Source of the DNA: the human T2T-CHM13v2.0 reference genome, Homo sapiens
Strand: one strand, 5' to 3'
Length of the DNA: 64,000 nt
NCBI RefSeq assembly: GCF_009914755.1
Contig: NC_060926.1
Shown here: positions 28,011 through 42,279 of the stretch, one piece after another
Layout: every line of letters begins with the position of its first letter
How positions within the stretch are numbered: position 1 is the first letter of the stretch
Notes under the pieces: generated by a model
Told to the model about the DNA's origin: nothing
Databases searched by the model: none
The model's input: the letters and a program-made list of their open reading frames with translations, nothing else
Position numbers and translations under genes: made by a program

Positions 28011-28737
28011 GGTGACCCTATGGCGTAGAATATGCTTTCTGCATCTGGAGGCAAGATGAGCTCCAGCTAGAGCTTCCAGGGGTTAGAAAAAGGGAGGTTC
28101 CCTGACTCACATTTTTGCCAAATTATAATGCTTCTTTCCTATCTCTCGTCTCTTCTTGAGCTCCTCCCCTGCCGCTCTTTTTCTCGCTGTGATTTCTAAT
28201 GGGTATAGATCTATGGATGGCAACAAGGAAAAAGAAAAGTAAAAATTGTTATTATTCCATTGCCAATGGAAGAAAAGATCAATTTATTTATCTTACTCTG
28301 TGGAGGGGTCATGCAGATACCCCACTCATTAGTATGTGAATTCCTTGTTAAGTGCTTAGTGCAGTTTTGGGGGCAGAGTGTGTGGATCAATAGACAGCAT
28401 GAAGGCAACAGAAGTGATGGTAATTGTTGTAATTATTGTACTTAATGAGTCATTGGAAATGGAAACATTATTTGAGCAGACTTCTACTGCCTTAGCAGAA
28501 TTTGCTGATTTGCTAGCATCCTTTACTAGTAAGATCATTAAAAACAAATATTCAAATTTTAGAATTGTTTTTTCTATGATCCAGCAGTCTCACTATTAGG
28601 TATTTATCCAAAGGAAATCAGTATATCAAAGGAATACCTACATCCCAAGGTTTACTGAAGCACTATTCAAAATAGCCAAGATATGAAATCAACCTGTGTC
28701 CATCAACAAATGAATGGAAAAAGAAAATGTGAGACAT

Positions 28738-29204
<467 letters not shown>

Positions 29205-29689
29205 CTATTCAGCCATAAAAATGAAATGTCCTCATTTGCAGCAAAATGGCTGGAACTGGAGGTCATTATGTTAACTGAAATAAGCTAGATACAGAAAGAC
29301 AAATATTGCATGTTGTCACTCATATGTGGGAGCTAAAAGGTGGATCTCATGGAGGTAGGGAGTAGAATGCTAATTACCAGAGTTTGGGAAGGGTGGGGAG
29401 TTGGGGGAAGAGAGGGTGGTTAATGGGTACAAACATACAGCTAGAAGAATATGTTGCGGTGCTTGATAGCACAGCAGAGTGACCACAGTTAGCAGTAATA
29501 TGTTGTACAATTCAAAATAGCTAGATGAGAAGATCTGAAATGTTTCCAATGTCAAAGAAATGTAAATGTTTGAGGTGATGAATGTCCTACGTACCCTGAT
29601 TTAATCATTACACATTATTATGCATGTATCAACACATCACATGTGCTCCTTGCATATGTAGGTTGTTATGTTTCATTAAAAAAAGTTTA

Positions 29690-29989
<300 letters not shown>

Positions 29990-31079
29990 TTAAAACAAAC
30001 AAGCAACTTTCTATTTTAGCACATGCATGAGAAACTCTCTTCCCTAGGGGAAAAAAAGTCCCAGGAGGAAACCTAGAGTGGGTCTGGGGTTGGTCCTCCT
30101 CCCTGTGAAATCTACCCTTGGAGAAATCCTCTGTCCACATCTCCACCTGAGGGAGGATGCCCTAACCCTGCCCTCACCCTAGCAGCTGTTGGAGAAGATG
30201 AGGGAAGCGCTGAGAGTGCAGACTGTTTTCTTATGCTCCCCAGTCTCTGTGGCCAGGAGTACTCCTTTTGCCAAGAAAGGGGTGGTGCCCCACTAAACCT
30301 GGTTTGTCTTTTCTCTGTCTCTGCCCTGTCTTTGAAGGTCCTAGGGCCCTTGTGCATTTCTTACATGCCAATCATGGAGTAGGCTGGGGCCTGGGGTTTT
30401 GGGTAGGGATTCTGTTTTGTTCGTTCCCAGTCTGGAAGATGTGGCCAAGAGTGGAGGTTCTAGATGGGAGCTGAGGTGGTGCGAGCCACCTCCACCCTTA
30501 TGTAATCCTCAGACCTTCTTCCCCTCTGTCCTTCATGACAGAACCAGTGTCTAAATCTGAACTTGTTTGGTTGCAGAGAACAGAAACATAATTCCGATTA
30601 GTGTAGACAAATGAGACATTTCTTCCAGAGATACGAAGGGCACTGAGATGCCTCACAGAAATAGGGGAAGAGCTGCAGCAATCACTGTTTGCTCATCTCT
30701 GCTTATCTGTGCTTCTCTGACTGCTAGTTAATTTTGAGTACTTCCCAGAGGCTTTCGTCTCCTAGGAGGCACATAACCACCAGCTGTCCCTGCTTAGCAA
30801 CTTCTGCAGAAAGAGAGTGCCTTTTCCCCCTACCGTATTCTTCGCTGCAACTCAGGGAAGGATTCTCAGTTTCCCTACTTGGGCTACGTGTCACTGCTGC
30901 CTGAACACAGACCACTAGGCTTTGTTCGTCCTTAGTCCTACGCCCACTCCTCCAAGTAGCAGAAGAAAGACGATGGGAATGTTTGCCGAACAGACAACAC
31001 CCAAGAAGTACTCTAGCAGGCCTAAAACCTAAGCAGGTGATGTAATCCTTTTTTCTATTATCTCCAGAGCCCATCAGCA

Positions 31080-31480
31080 TAGTTGGTGTCTACTCTTCCT
31101 TCCTATGGCTGATGGGTATAAGCCAATCATTGCTGTTCCTCTTCTCATTGACAGTGATTGGTTTAGGTACAAGCATGTGATGTGATCCTGGCCAATATGA
31201 TGTAAGGAGATAACAGCTAGAAGAGTTCTCAATCCTTAAGAAGCTTAATCTCTTTTGCTGGCCACTATCCAGCCTGTAAGGGATGCCTGGAACTGTCGGA
31301 CCCAGCCTGCAGCTGTAAGGACCTGGTCAAGGTCAAGGTTGACATGCTGAGGATGGCACAGCAGAGTGGAGCCAGGTCCTTGAGGACCTGGTTGAGCTGT
31401 TGAGTTAACCAACCCTGAAGCCACCATCTCCAGGGCATTTTTTTTTTTTTAATATGAGAGAGTAAATTTTTCATCTATTT
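31080..31480 (+). mobile_element. Old MLT1-type LTR
   Basis: gtgattggtttagg..gcatgtga..ctggccaat...gatggcacagcagag...ttgagctgttgagttaaccaacc. Confidence 0.6.
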
Positions 31481-31485
31481 TAAGC

Positions 31486-31668
31486 CAGTGGTTTTCAAAG
31501 TCTGGTCTCTGGACCAGAAACGCCAATCAGCATCCCCTGGGAACTTGTTAGAAATGCAAATTCTTGAGTCTTACCCAGAACTACTTAATTAAAATCTCTG
31601 GGAGGGGGGCTCAGCTGTTTGCCTTTTAACAAGCCCTTCAGGTACATGCTAAAGTTTGAGAGCCACCA
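31486..31668. mobile_element. MER5A hAT-Charlie
   Basis: cagtggttttcaaagt...gggaacttgttagaaatgcaaattctt...aaagtttgagagccacc; flanked by tttaagc on both sides. Confidence 0.85.
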
Positions 31669-32069
31669 TTTAAGCCATTGGAGTCAAGATTGGAGGAGGA
31701 TTTGATTCTGTTTACTTGCTGCTGAAATATTCTAAGTGGAATAGTCTTAACAGAAAGGGTCTGGAAAGAATCTAGAATCATTCCAATTCTACCCCTTCAT
31801 TTCGTACCCGTGACTGAGTTTAGGGAGGAACTGTATGCGATGTTTGCTATGATGCTGCTCCTGAGGGCTGGGCCCTTTCTCTCTTGAAGTTCTTATTCTC
31901 ATTTTTATCATTATCATCAATAAATCTTTACTTTCTGCATAGAGTGCATAGGGTGAGTCCCACAGATGCTTTACCTGATGCCTTTGACCTCAAGATGCCT
32001 GTACCAGTTAGGAAACAAACTGGGTGATTAGAAGTGAGCTTAATGAAAGTAATAAAAAGATTGTTCACG

Positions 32070-32208
32070 AGACAGGTGTGATGGCTCACACCTGTAATCT
32101 CAGTACTTTGGGAGGCCGAGGCGGGTGGATCATGAGGTCAGAAGATCGAGACCAGCCTGGCCAACATGGTGAAACCCCGTCTCTACTAAAAACACACAAA
32201 AAATTAGT
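32070..32208 (+). mobile_element. Alu left arm only
   Basis: Left monomer and middle A-tract, then an abrupt switch into MLT1. Confidence 0.88.
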
Positions 32209-32221
32209 TGAGCCTGGTGGC

Positions 32222-32656
32222 CATCCCTGGAACCTGCGAACGTGACCTTATTCGGAAAAGGGGTCTTTGCAGATATCATTAAGTTAAGGATCTTGAGATC
32301 AGGAGATTACTCTGGTTTATCCAAGTGGGCCTTAAATCTAATGACAAATGTCTTCGTAAATGAAAGAGAGGGATTTTAGACAGAAGAGAAGACAGAAGAG
32401 GAGGAGGCAATGTGACCACAGAGATAGAGATTGGTGTGATGAGGCCACAAGACAAGGAATGCTGACAGCCACCAGAAGCTGGGAGAGGCAGAGAACTGAT
32501 CCTGTTGATCCCAGAGCCTCCAGAGGGAGCGTGACCCTGCCAATACCTTGATTCCAGACTTCTGTCCTCCTGGAACTATGAGAGAACATATTACTGTTGT
32601 TTTTAACCCACCAAGTTTGCAGGAATTTATTATAGCAGCCACAGGAAACTAATATA
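32222..32656 (+). mobile_element. MLT1C/D LTR, 5'-truncated
   Basis: ccctggaacctgcgaacgtgaccttattcggaaaaggggtctttgcagat...gcagccacaggaaactaata. Confidence 0.88.
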
Positions 32657-34319
32657 TAGGTCCATAGAGAGGACGATATGCCAGGAGCTGTAAGGAGCCC
32701 AGACAACCTGGAACAATGCTGCAAGGAGAGAATGAGGGAATCAATTCCCAGCTTCCCCTTTCTTCATTCTCTCTGACTTCCAGATAGTGCCTCCCACTGG
32801 CCAAATCCAAATGAAAACTGTAGGGCAAGGGACTCCCCTTGATAGGGCCCCTAGGGGTTGGCCTCCTGAGGCTCAGTAGGATGGAGAAGGTTGGACTTGG
32901 AGGGACAGGTGGAACTGTCTGGCATGCCCCCCATTGCCCGAAAAGCACAACTGAACCGTTAGCATTGAACAGCCATGGAAGGATGAGGTGCAAACATTTC
33001 CATGAGATATATGTGGCAGGAATTAGTGCTTTGTGTAGTCAAGAGGAAAATAAATTGTCTGAAAAAGCTGGTGGAAGAAGTAGAAAGTTAAGTAATGTTT
33101 GAGTAGCGGGAGAAAGATGGTTGGATGATCCAGGGATGAGAAAGTGATTCCTTATATATGTATATATTTGTGCTTGGAAGATAGCTAGAGATGATGGTGG
33201 GATAAGAGTATTAGATATGTGTGAACAGCATGTGCTTATGATGTTGGGGAAATCAGGTGGGAAGAGGGAGGAACTGGGGAACACTAACCTCAAGTAGAAC
33301 TATGACATTTTTTTCAAATTTCTGGCATTGTGGCAATCAACAATAGGGTCACTGCTGCCCCATGTAGAGCCCTAACTATCCCTTCTACTGACAGGCGAGG
33401 ACAGCCCCATAAGATCTAGCCTCAAAGTCTAGGAGTACTGCTTCCCAGAAAGGTAGTGAGTGAGTGTTGAAGTCAGTCCTATGTCCTTTGAATAAGAAGA
33501 CACAGGGCTCAGAGGATAGAAGTTGGGCTGGATGAATTACAGGGACCTGTGGTCATCATTCTAGAAGCAATTTGCTAGGCAGGGTCTGGAGGTGTTGGAC
33601 TCAAACCCATCACAGCCACTGTCCTATGAGATCCTAGGAAAAGTGTTTTGTTTTTCCTGTGTCTCTCTCAGGAAAGTGGCCACAATGAGATACTTTCTAT
33701 CTATCCTGAAGAGACTTTGATAAAAACAAATAATGGTAAATAAGCCAGGGGAAATAAATAACAATCACTAATTTATTAAATTTTCAAAAATCATCTAATT
33801 ACAAAGCAGGGAAGAGAAAAGAAAAGGCTAGGGAGGTGGAAGATACAGAAACAATGTCAGTGGGCTAAGAAGAGACAAAAGCATTCACATTTATCAGAAG
33901 AGATAACCTTGCCCCCTCTTGCACTTCTGCTCAGGAAATTTTGCTTCTCTTTGCCAGATAATCCAAGACAGAGGAGAAGCATCTCCATGGCACCTCACTC
34001 TGATTTGCGAGGATTTGGCCAGAGAAACTGTTCTCAAGAGTGTGAATTAGGTGGCAGCTACTATTTTATGGTACCTCGCTATCCACTTTGTAAGGTACGA
34101 GTAACAACAACAACAAGCAAACCAAATTACCAAAGCACAAAAAAAAAATGTGTTCAGTCAGTTACAAAATGCTCCTCAGCCAGAGAAGTGGGCATCTGAC
34201 TCCTGGAGGGGCCCTTCAGCCTGTGGAGTATTCTTGTGTGTTGCAGGTTTCACAGTGAGCAGAGGCTGTCTCTGAAATGGGCAGAGAACCAGTGGGTTGT
34301 AGTAGTTTGCATATGGGGA

Positions 34320-34342
34320 GAAAGGGAGAGAAAGAGAGAGAG

Positions 34343-34376
<34 letters not shown>
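34320..34376. repeat. (GA)n-(TG)n microsatellite
   Basis: gagaga... followed by about 15 TG units. Confidence 0.9.
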
Positions 34377-34377
<1 letters not shown>

Positions 34378-37300
34378 ATGTGTGGCTGAATGTCATCTGT
34401 GTGTCTGCACGCAACATTGTGCCAATGAAGTTGGACATGCATCTATGTGTGGGATGGGGTCCTGGCCTTGGCAACAAGGGGGTGTACGTGTGGGTGTGAG
34501 TGACAGCAGACTCAGAGTCCAGGCCCAGGGCCTCTGGGGACTGTCACCTGCAGGACTCATCATAGAGGAGACCAGGTGCTTGGAGTGTCCCCAAAGCAAT
34601 ACAGAGTGCATGGTCATGAGTTTGAAAAATATTCCTGTGAGAGATATAAATAAAGCCTCTAAGCCCAAAGCCAGAGTTTTCGAAAGCCAGCCTTACACAC
34701 AAGATAATTTATAGTTGCTGGTGTCCCTTCCCATGCATGACTCAGCTCTCCTAGCCCAAGTAGGCCCAGCCTGCTCCAGTAACCTTTGCTGAAAGGGAAG
34801 AGTTGAAGCAAACTCCAAGAAGCCCAATGATCCAACCACCCAGCTCCCGGACTAGCTCCTGCTGAGCTCCCTTCCTCTGTTCCCTTTGGGCAAACTCCAA
34901 CCATGACATGGATGAACAGATCCTGGAAACTGAGAAACCAGAGACTTGGGTACTCCCAGCTGGCTGGTCCTTGGAAGTCTATTAAACTGGTTCCCGTATA
35001 CCTTCAGGATCTTGGCGGATTCTGCTACCCATACAATGGGTATTGGCTCAAACACCTTTCCCACCACTCCCCAGCCTGCCTTCCAGCCATTGGGAGGCAG
35101 CAAAATCAGAACAAAGACCTGCTTGAAGCTAGAGAGTTTTTCTCAGTCTCAGAGACTCTTGAGCCCAACAGGAAGAATAAAAATGAGAGCACTTTTACCT
35201 TTTATTTAAAAGACAGTATATACCCATGTCAAGTGTCAAAAATATGGCTAAAAAGAGGGATAAATAGTGACATGCTTAAACATTGTGGTGAATTTGTGGG
35301 GGGAGGCAGCCAGCAAGGAACAGGGTTAGTTTTTTCAATTTTCTCCCTATATTCCTCACTTCCCACCCACCTTCTTTCGTTATATTTTTAGCAGACTCTT
35401 TGGCCAACCACGTCCAAAGAGACAGATGCAAGTACAGAGAGTGCATACTGAAACCAAAGGGTGTTTCTTTTTCTTCCTTTTTTCTTAAAAACCTTCCAGG
35501 AGTGTGGAAAGGACTGGAAGTGCTCGAAGGTCTTTTTAGCCACATGCCTTACCCCAACTGGGATCTGGAACATTTTTATGCCAAGGCCCATATGCCTGAT
35601 TGTCCAAGTATAGGGGAAAAAAATATCATTCAGGGCTTTAAAAAATAGTTTAGCTTTTTGATTAAACTGCTAAACAGCCTTGAATAAAATATTTTTTTTT
35701 TGCTGCTCTAGCAGATGAATTTGTGCAACTGGCCTAATTTTAATACAGGATCCAACACATAATAGGTATGTAATAATTGTTGAATAGATGGATAATTCTT
35801 TAACCCTGTAATGAAGTGTCCTCATTCAACATGCATTTATTAAGCCACTCTTTGGGTGTGTACACGTGTGTATCCTCAAAGGCTTCTTCCTGCAATAACA
35901 TTCTATAATTCTGTGACCTATATTCTGAGTAAGTCATATGCTGATTCTTTGATTAATCTGGGGGAAGGAAGTTTCAAGTTAGCCAAGTTAAAACACACAT
36001 ACACGCTACACTCCAAACCTACACAAACCTACTTCTTAAATGATAGAAAGCGGAGGACCTTGGTAGCTGCATAGCTAAAACCACAGAATTTTGCCTGGTT
36101 TGGCCTGGCCTTGTTGGAAGTGCACAGAGCCTACTCTAGATCCCATAGCTCAGTCTTTTGAAGTTCTTCTTTTGTTCCTTGCCTCCTCTTCTTTCTGATC
36201 TTTCCATTCAGGGGTGGTCATCTTCCACATTCTCAGTTTCTGAAAGCCCCCTGTTCTCCTAGTCACCCCTGTCTTTTCCCATCTTAAAAATAACAAAGGC
36301 TGTGTGTCATTCATATGTGCGGATTGATCTGCACATGTGGATGAATTTGATTTAGAGATCCTTGCATGTTATCGGAAGGTAACAGACTAACAGAGAGGCG
36401 AAGAGACTCCCAAGATCACACAGCTATTGAATAGCAGCAATCTAGCCCATTGTTCTGATCTGAAATTGATCTATAATTCTCAAGTGAGAGCTACAGATAC
36501 AATTCCACAAGCCTGCCAATTAGGAGACTTGAGGTGGCCTTGAGGCTGAGTCAAGCCAATCTTTCTGCCCTTTTGATAGCTGGTCACTCCCCTTGGATCT
36601 ATACTATTTGCTTCAGCTTCTAGTGATTTCTTCTACTCTGTTTGGGATATTCACACTGTATTAGGAATTTATAGACCTGGATGGGCCCACCAGATGTCAT
36701 CTGCTTTCTGAAGTTCTCAATCACCAGGCAGAATTCCAGCCCCAGCAATCCTTTGTTCTGAAGGATATAGGGAGGCCCTTCAGTAAGAAAATCAGTCTGA
36801 ATTTCTGTTTTTCCCTCCAGAATGACAGTGGCCCCTTCTGTTGGGTTTGCAACATTTACTCTGGAAGCCCCCACTGCACGCTTACCCTAATCATCTGCAG
36901 GTCTTGGCTGAGCATTTAGAGATTCAGAATACCATATTGGGTACAACAAGGGTCTCCTGGAGCCAAAAAGATACAAACTTTCAATCCCACTGGTTAGGGT
37001 TGGAAGGAAGACAAATACACAGAAGATTCTGTTGTTCCGATGAAAGGGATCTCTGTGTCTGCACAGCGATGACAGGGAATGGTGTTTGGTCTCAAACAGC
37101 ACGTTTCTGACCCGATTGACTTGGAAGATGGGCTGCTCTTGCATTGCGGCCCATGCCAAGGTCACGGGGACACATGACCACTGCAGGGAAGGAAGATCTG
37201 TATTCTCTGGCGAAAATTCACATGAGTGGGGAAGGAGAGGAGGAGGTGGCATGCAGAGAGAGGGGCCATCCCACTTTGCAAATCCCTCCTCCAGCTTTGT

Positions 37301-38775
37301 CACTGCTCCCCACCCCTCAAGTTAGAAGCACCAGCAGCATGGGCCAGACCAGGGCCAGCTGATTCTGTGGCCTGTTTATACCCTGTAACCAGAGCCTGTT
37401 CTCAAAGAGGCTGCCTGACAGCTGCAGATGTAAGGGGATGGACCAACACTTCCAGAGATTGAGTGACGCGTGCTGGTGTCCATCTCAGGGGCAGCTTAGC
37501 CTGACAATCTTCTCAAGCCAGGGGATGGGAGTGGGAAAAGGTGGAGCAGGCTACCAGTTAGTGCTCATGGTGGCGGGACCTTGGAGCCTGCTATTGAGCT
37601 TGTGTGCTCCCTCCAGCCCCTAGTCTGCCAATGGGATTGCTTTCTTCAGGGTCAAGGCAGGTGAAAGAGGAGTTCTGCATGTTTCATTGGTTTATTTTTC
37701 CCACTCTTTATCTTTGTCATTACAGAAAACAAAAAGAACACATGATGAGGCTCTGGGTCAGCCAGGATTCTAGATTCTGCTGCCAGACACATCTTACAAG
37801 GGTAGAGTGCTTGTTTCCTCATCCCAACCCCAAGCTTCTCCTCAAAGGTCAGCCTTTCTTTCTTCCCCTCAGCTCTGGGAGGCAGTAGCAGGGACCTCCC
37901 TCCACTCAGCCCAGCCTGGACTCCCAGCCAGGAGGCTGGGGCAGTGAACCCCACCGCTAGGGTCTGGTGAGGCTGAAAATTCTTCAAGCCAGGCCATCTT
38001 ACAGGCCTTTCTACAGCTGTGTCCCGACCCTCTATGCCTCTGCAATTTCATATCCTAATCCTTTTGGGTCAGGCTCCCTCCACCTTCATCTTTCTTTTGT
38101 GTCTTTCATAAATTGGTCCTGTAGCAGCTGCTCCTGCCCCTGCCCAGCCCCCAGTCGTGGGTGCCCTGGAGAGTGGGTATACATCGTATCCTGGCTCTCT
38201 ATGTTCACACCTCTCATGATATTTGCAGATGGTTAACATGTTCTTTCCTTTAGTTTCCCGCTCCCCGCCACTTTGGCCAGGGTCGGGGTTGTGGGTGGGG
38301 GGGGGGGTGGGGGCGCGGGCGGGCAGGAAGGGAGAGGCAGATTTAGCTCATGCTGGAGCCCAGCCCTGGCACAGCCTGTGACCCGCTGCTCTCAGGGCAG
38401 CATGCCAGTGCGCCCTTTTACTGTCCTGGCCTGTCCGCTTTCTGATGGCAGCCGTGGCAGGAGTGGGGGTGGAGCTCATGGGGTTGGCTGGGTTTGTTCA
38501 ACAGCTGCCTCAGAAAGGAAAAGGCGAGGGTGAGACTAGAGGGTTTGGGGAAAACAACACAAAGCAAGGCGTAGAGGTTTGGAGATTAGAGTTCAAGTCC
38601 ATGCATGGTCACCAACCAGCTGTGAGAACTCAGTTTCTTCATAATTTAAAATGGGAATGATGAAAATTCACACTTCTTGGAGTGGATGTCAGAATCATGG
38701 ACATCAGGGCAGGGGGAAGATGCTTGTCAAATTGTTTTCTTAGGGTCTGGCTCATAGTTTGTATTGGCAAAAATG

Positions 38776-38997
38776 AAAGAAGAAAGGAAGGAAGGAGAGA
38801 AGGAAGGAAGGAGAGAAGGAAGGAAGGAAGTAGAGAAGGAAAGGAGAGAAGGAAGGAAGGAGAGAAGGAAGGAAGGAAGGAGAGAAGGAAGGAAGGAGAG
38901 AAGGAAGGAAGGAGAGAAGGAAGGAAGGAGAGAAGGAAGGAAGGAGAGAAGGAAGGAAGGAAGGGAGGGAGGAAGGAAGGGAGGAAAGGAGGGAGGG
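38776..38997. repeat. Polypurine minisatellite, unit ~GGAAGGAAGGAGAGAA
   Basis: Repeated ggaa blocks punctuated by ggagagaa. Confidence 0.92.
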
Positions 38998-39439
38998 CAG
39001 AACTTTCTGGGGCTCCTGTCTTTTCAAGCACTGAAATCTGAAGCAAACTAGACTTAGAGGCTGCTGAGTCTGCAGGTTCTGGCCCCAGGATTCGCTGGGT
39101 CTTTGCACTTGGTCACTCAGTGATGAGCTCTTTTGTCTATTTTCTTCCCATTGATCAGAGTCTCCGAGAGCAGAGGGAGCACATCCCCTGACACCTCGCA
39201 CATGACAGTTGCTTCATCAGTGCTGGTTGTGCTCCTGAGAACTCAGCATGGAGAGAGGCCTAGTCCCCGCTCCCCTGCTCCCAATTGCTCTGTGACTCAT
39301 TCTCATGGCTCGCCCTTCAGGTTCTCGTTCTTGAATTTCTCCTGCTCCCTCCCACTCCCAGTCCTTTGCCATGTCTCCCCTGTGCCTGGAACACTTTTTG
39401 ATGCAGGTCACCTCCAGGACTCTGCCACTTTCAAGTTGA

Positions 39440-39580
39440 GTGTTCCAGGTAGGTCACTGAACCCCTCTGAGTTTCAGTGTCTTTATCTGTAAAGATAAAA
39501 ACTAGACATAACCTTTGGCTGACTGGGAGAGTTGGGATTGGATAAGGCAAGTACTGAGTCCAAGGCCTGGCTCTGAGTCC
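39440..39580 (+). mobile_element. MIR
   Basis: ggtcactgaacccctctgagtttcagtgtctttatctgtaaagat. Confidence 0.7.
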
Positions 39581-39929
39581 CTGCCCCAGGGACAGCAGCT
39601 CCTGTGATTTTGGTTCATCATGGTAGGTCCCTCCTTCTCTCTCTGTTCTTGGGAACTGCCACCATCCTTTCTGTTCTTTAACCTGCTTCTCCGCCAATAA
39701 AGGCAGAGTGGAACACTCTCTTCCTGGCTCCTATTTCCTCGCTGCCTCCAAAGACAAGCCTGTCACCTCCCCACCCCGCCTGCCCACATCTTTGTTTTAC
39801 TAAATGAAGGAATAATTATAAAAATTTTAGAACTTCATCAGGTCCTACAAGCATACACCTGAATGATAACTTCCCTGTTGGGATAATAGCTAGAAACTCT
39901 GTTGGGTGTTTGCCTCTTGCTCGAATTCC

Positions 39930-40610
39930 TTATTTTATTTTATTTTGAGCAAAAACACACATTTATTTACTAACCAAAGGCTGATCCTAATCTAAGCCAA
40001 CACTTTAAAATAGCTGCATGTAAAATATTTGTGATGAAGATAATTAAACACAGTAATGAAAAAAATAAAAACAAAAACAAGCAGGATGGAGATATGTTCA
40101 TTGAACTGAAATTGTTCCTTCTCTCAGCTAATTGCTCTCCAAAGCAGTAAGGAAATTTTTATTCTGCTTTTTTTATTTTCACAGATCTGAGTACAGGTGA
40201 CATTGTTCATAATGCATTCCATCCCTGCTTTTTTGTCTCCCACTTTTCTTCTTCTTGCGTTTTTCTTTCCTCATCCCATTCCCAGTGTTGAACCAATGCA
40301 CGCTTTGTAAAGTTGCAGACAAATAGTCTGAGTTTTTTCTGCCATCACCTGTAGTTCTTTCATACTTCTCTCCAAGTTTAGAAGAAAACCGTGTTGTTTT
40401 CAGAGTGCTCTTGGTTTTTATAGTGAAGCTTTTGCCATCAGAGATGGCACCATCTGGTTTAGTCATTGCACCAATTTTGCAGGGCCATTCTCATCCCTGT
40501 TTCTTTGAGGTATTTCCTCTCTGCTGGGCGCCATCTTCCTAGCAGCTGCTGAGTGGTGACTATGGTTGGCAGATGGCCTTGCAAGGTGGTCAGAGTCGAG
40601 GAGGTATACT
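39930..40610 (-). pseudogene. FABP5P: Processed pseudogene of fatty acid binding protein 5, old and diverged
   Basis: Minus-strand peptides TTQQLLGRWR, MTKPD..DGKSFTIKTKSTLKTTRFSSKLGEKYERTTGDGRK and MECIMNNVTCTQI match FABP5. Start codon mutated to ATA (40561-40563); frameshifts; 3'UTR with AATAAA; degenerate poly(A) at 39930-39946. Possibly FABP5P14 (recall, unverified). Confidence 0.94.
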
Positions 40611-40621
40611 CTCCTGTTTGA

Positions 40622-40930
<309 letters not shown>

Positions 40931-41137
40931 TAATAGTGGAGTTCACAAACCACAGCCTCCTTATTTCTGACTTATTTCTACTTTGGCCTCCTGGATGGCT
41001 CTCCTCTTCCCAGAAGTAGACCAGGAGATGCAATTAAGGAAGAAAGATAAGTGGTTAATACTTGTTCTCTGGAGGTCGGCCTTACCAGTGATGAGCTTTG
41101 ACCTTGGGAGTGGAGAAGCGAGAAAAGATTTTCTTAG

Positions 41138-41310
41138 CAGTGGTTCTCAAATGTTAGTGTGCAGAAAATCACTGGAGTGCTTTCTAAAAAATGTCATTTC
41201 TAGAAAAGCTCCCCCTACCCCAGTTGATTCTGATTCAATAGGTCTGGAAAGGGGCTAAGAAATTTGCACCTTAGCTCCTTAGGTGAACCAAGGCAGGTGG
41301 TCTAGGGTAC
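41138..41310. mobile_element. MER5-type hAT
   Basis: cagtggttctcaaa...aatcactggagtgctt...gattctgattcaataggtctgg. Confidence 0.7.
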
Positions 41311-41904
41311 CCCAACCACAATTGTGAACACTTGAAAATGTGTCTTCTGCTTGTCCCATAATAAGTGAGTCACTACTGGGTCGTCTGCCTTGTTACAAGC
41401 CAACCTGAGTCAATCTGTTTGAGCACAATTGTTGGGTACTTTTTAGTGGTTAATGATAGAGCCAAGGAAGCTTGAGTTGGGTGAGGTTAGCTGTTCCTTC
41501 TCATCCCTGCCAGCATCTTCTAATGAAAATAAGTCTCAGACCAGATTCATACCTACGATGATTAAATAAGCATTCATGATCAAACAGGCACCTGCTTTGA
41601 TAGCTTAAATAAGTCCCTGATCTCTGTCCTTGTAGATCCTCTTACCTTCCACCAGTTTATTCAAGGCAGAAACAACACAATTCCAAAGGCAGGAGCTGGT
41701 TACCCTGATTATTGGCATTAGGCAATTAAAGATTCTCTTGACCAATGACTGGACACAGGACTGCTGGTGGGTCGAGTTCCAGAAGCCATCCTAGGTGCAG
41801 CCTAGGTCTCCATGGGTTCACATCCAGAGTGTTTCTAAACTGTTTTGGCCAATGTACATATTGTGAATATCATTAATTTCACAAAAAGAATTTATTTTCA
41901 TCGC

Positions 41905-42046
41905 TCTTTTTTTTTCCTGTTTTTAAATAGAGGCAGGGTCTCACTATATTGCCCAGGCTGGTCTCGAACTCCTGGGCTCAAGTCATCTGCCTGCTTCGGT
42001 CTCCCAAGGTGCTGGGATTACAGGTGTGAGCTACCACACCCAGCCC
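41905..42046 (-). mobile_element. Alu left monomer (FLAM-like)
   Basis: agggtctcactatattgcccaggctggtctcgaactcctgggctcaag...ccacacccagcc. Confidence 0.88.
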
Positions 42047-42091
42047 ATCATTCTTAATGCTCTAAGACAGACAGTTATGCATGTCTGTAGA

Positions 42092-42279
42092 TTGGTGATT
42101 CTCTGATTTGAGAGCAAATCAGAATTACCAGAGGTTCTTGTTAGAAATGCAGATTGTAAGGTCATATCCCAGAGACTGTGATCCAGGAGAATGGGTCTCA
42201 GGAATCTGCAATTTAGCAAGCTCTCCGTGTGAATCCTGCTGTCTGTGGTCCTGGGGCCTCATTTTGAGAACAACCACTG
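42092..42279. mobile_element. MER5A/B hAT
   Basis: atcagaattacc..cttgttagaaatgcagatt...ggaatctgcaatttagcaagctc...ttgagaacaaccactg. Confidence 0.78.

Noticed and set aside
38639-39201. Overlapping low-complexity ORFs
   Set aside because: Translations of the GGAA minisatellite.
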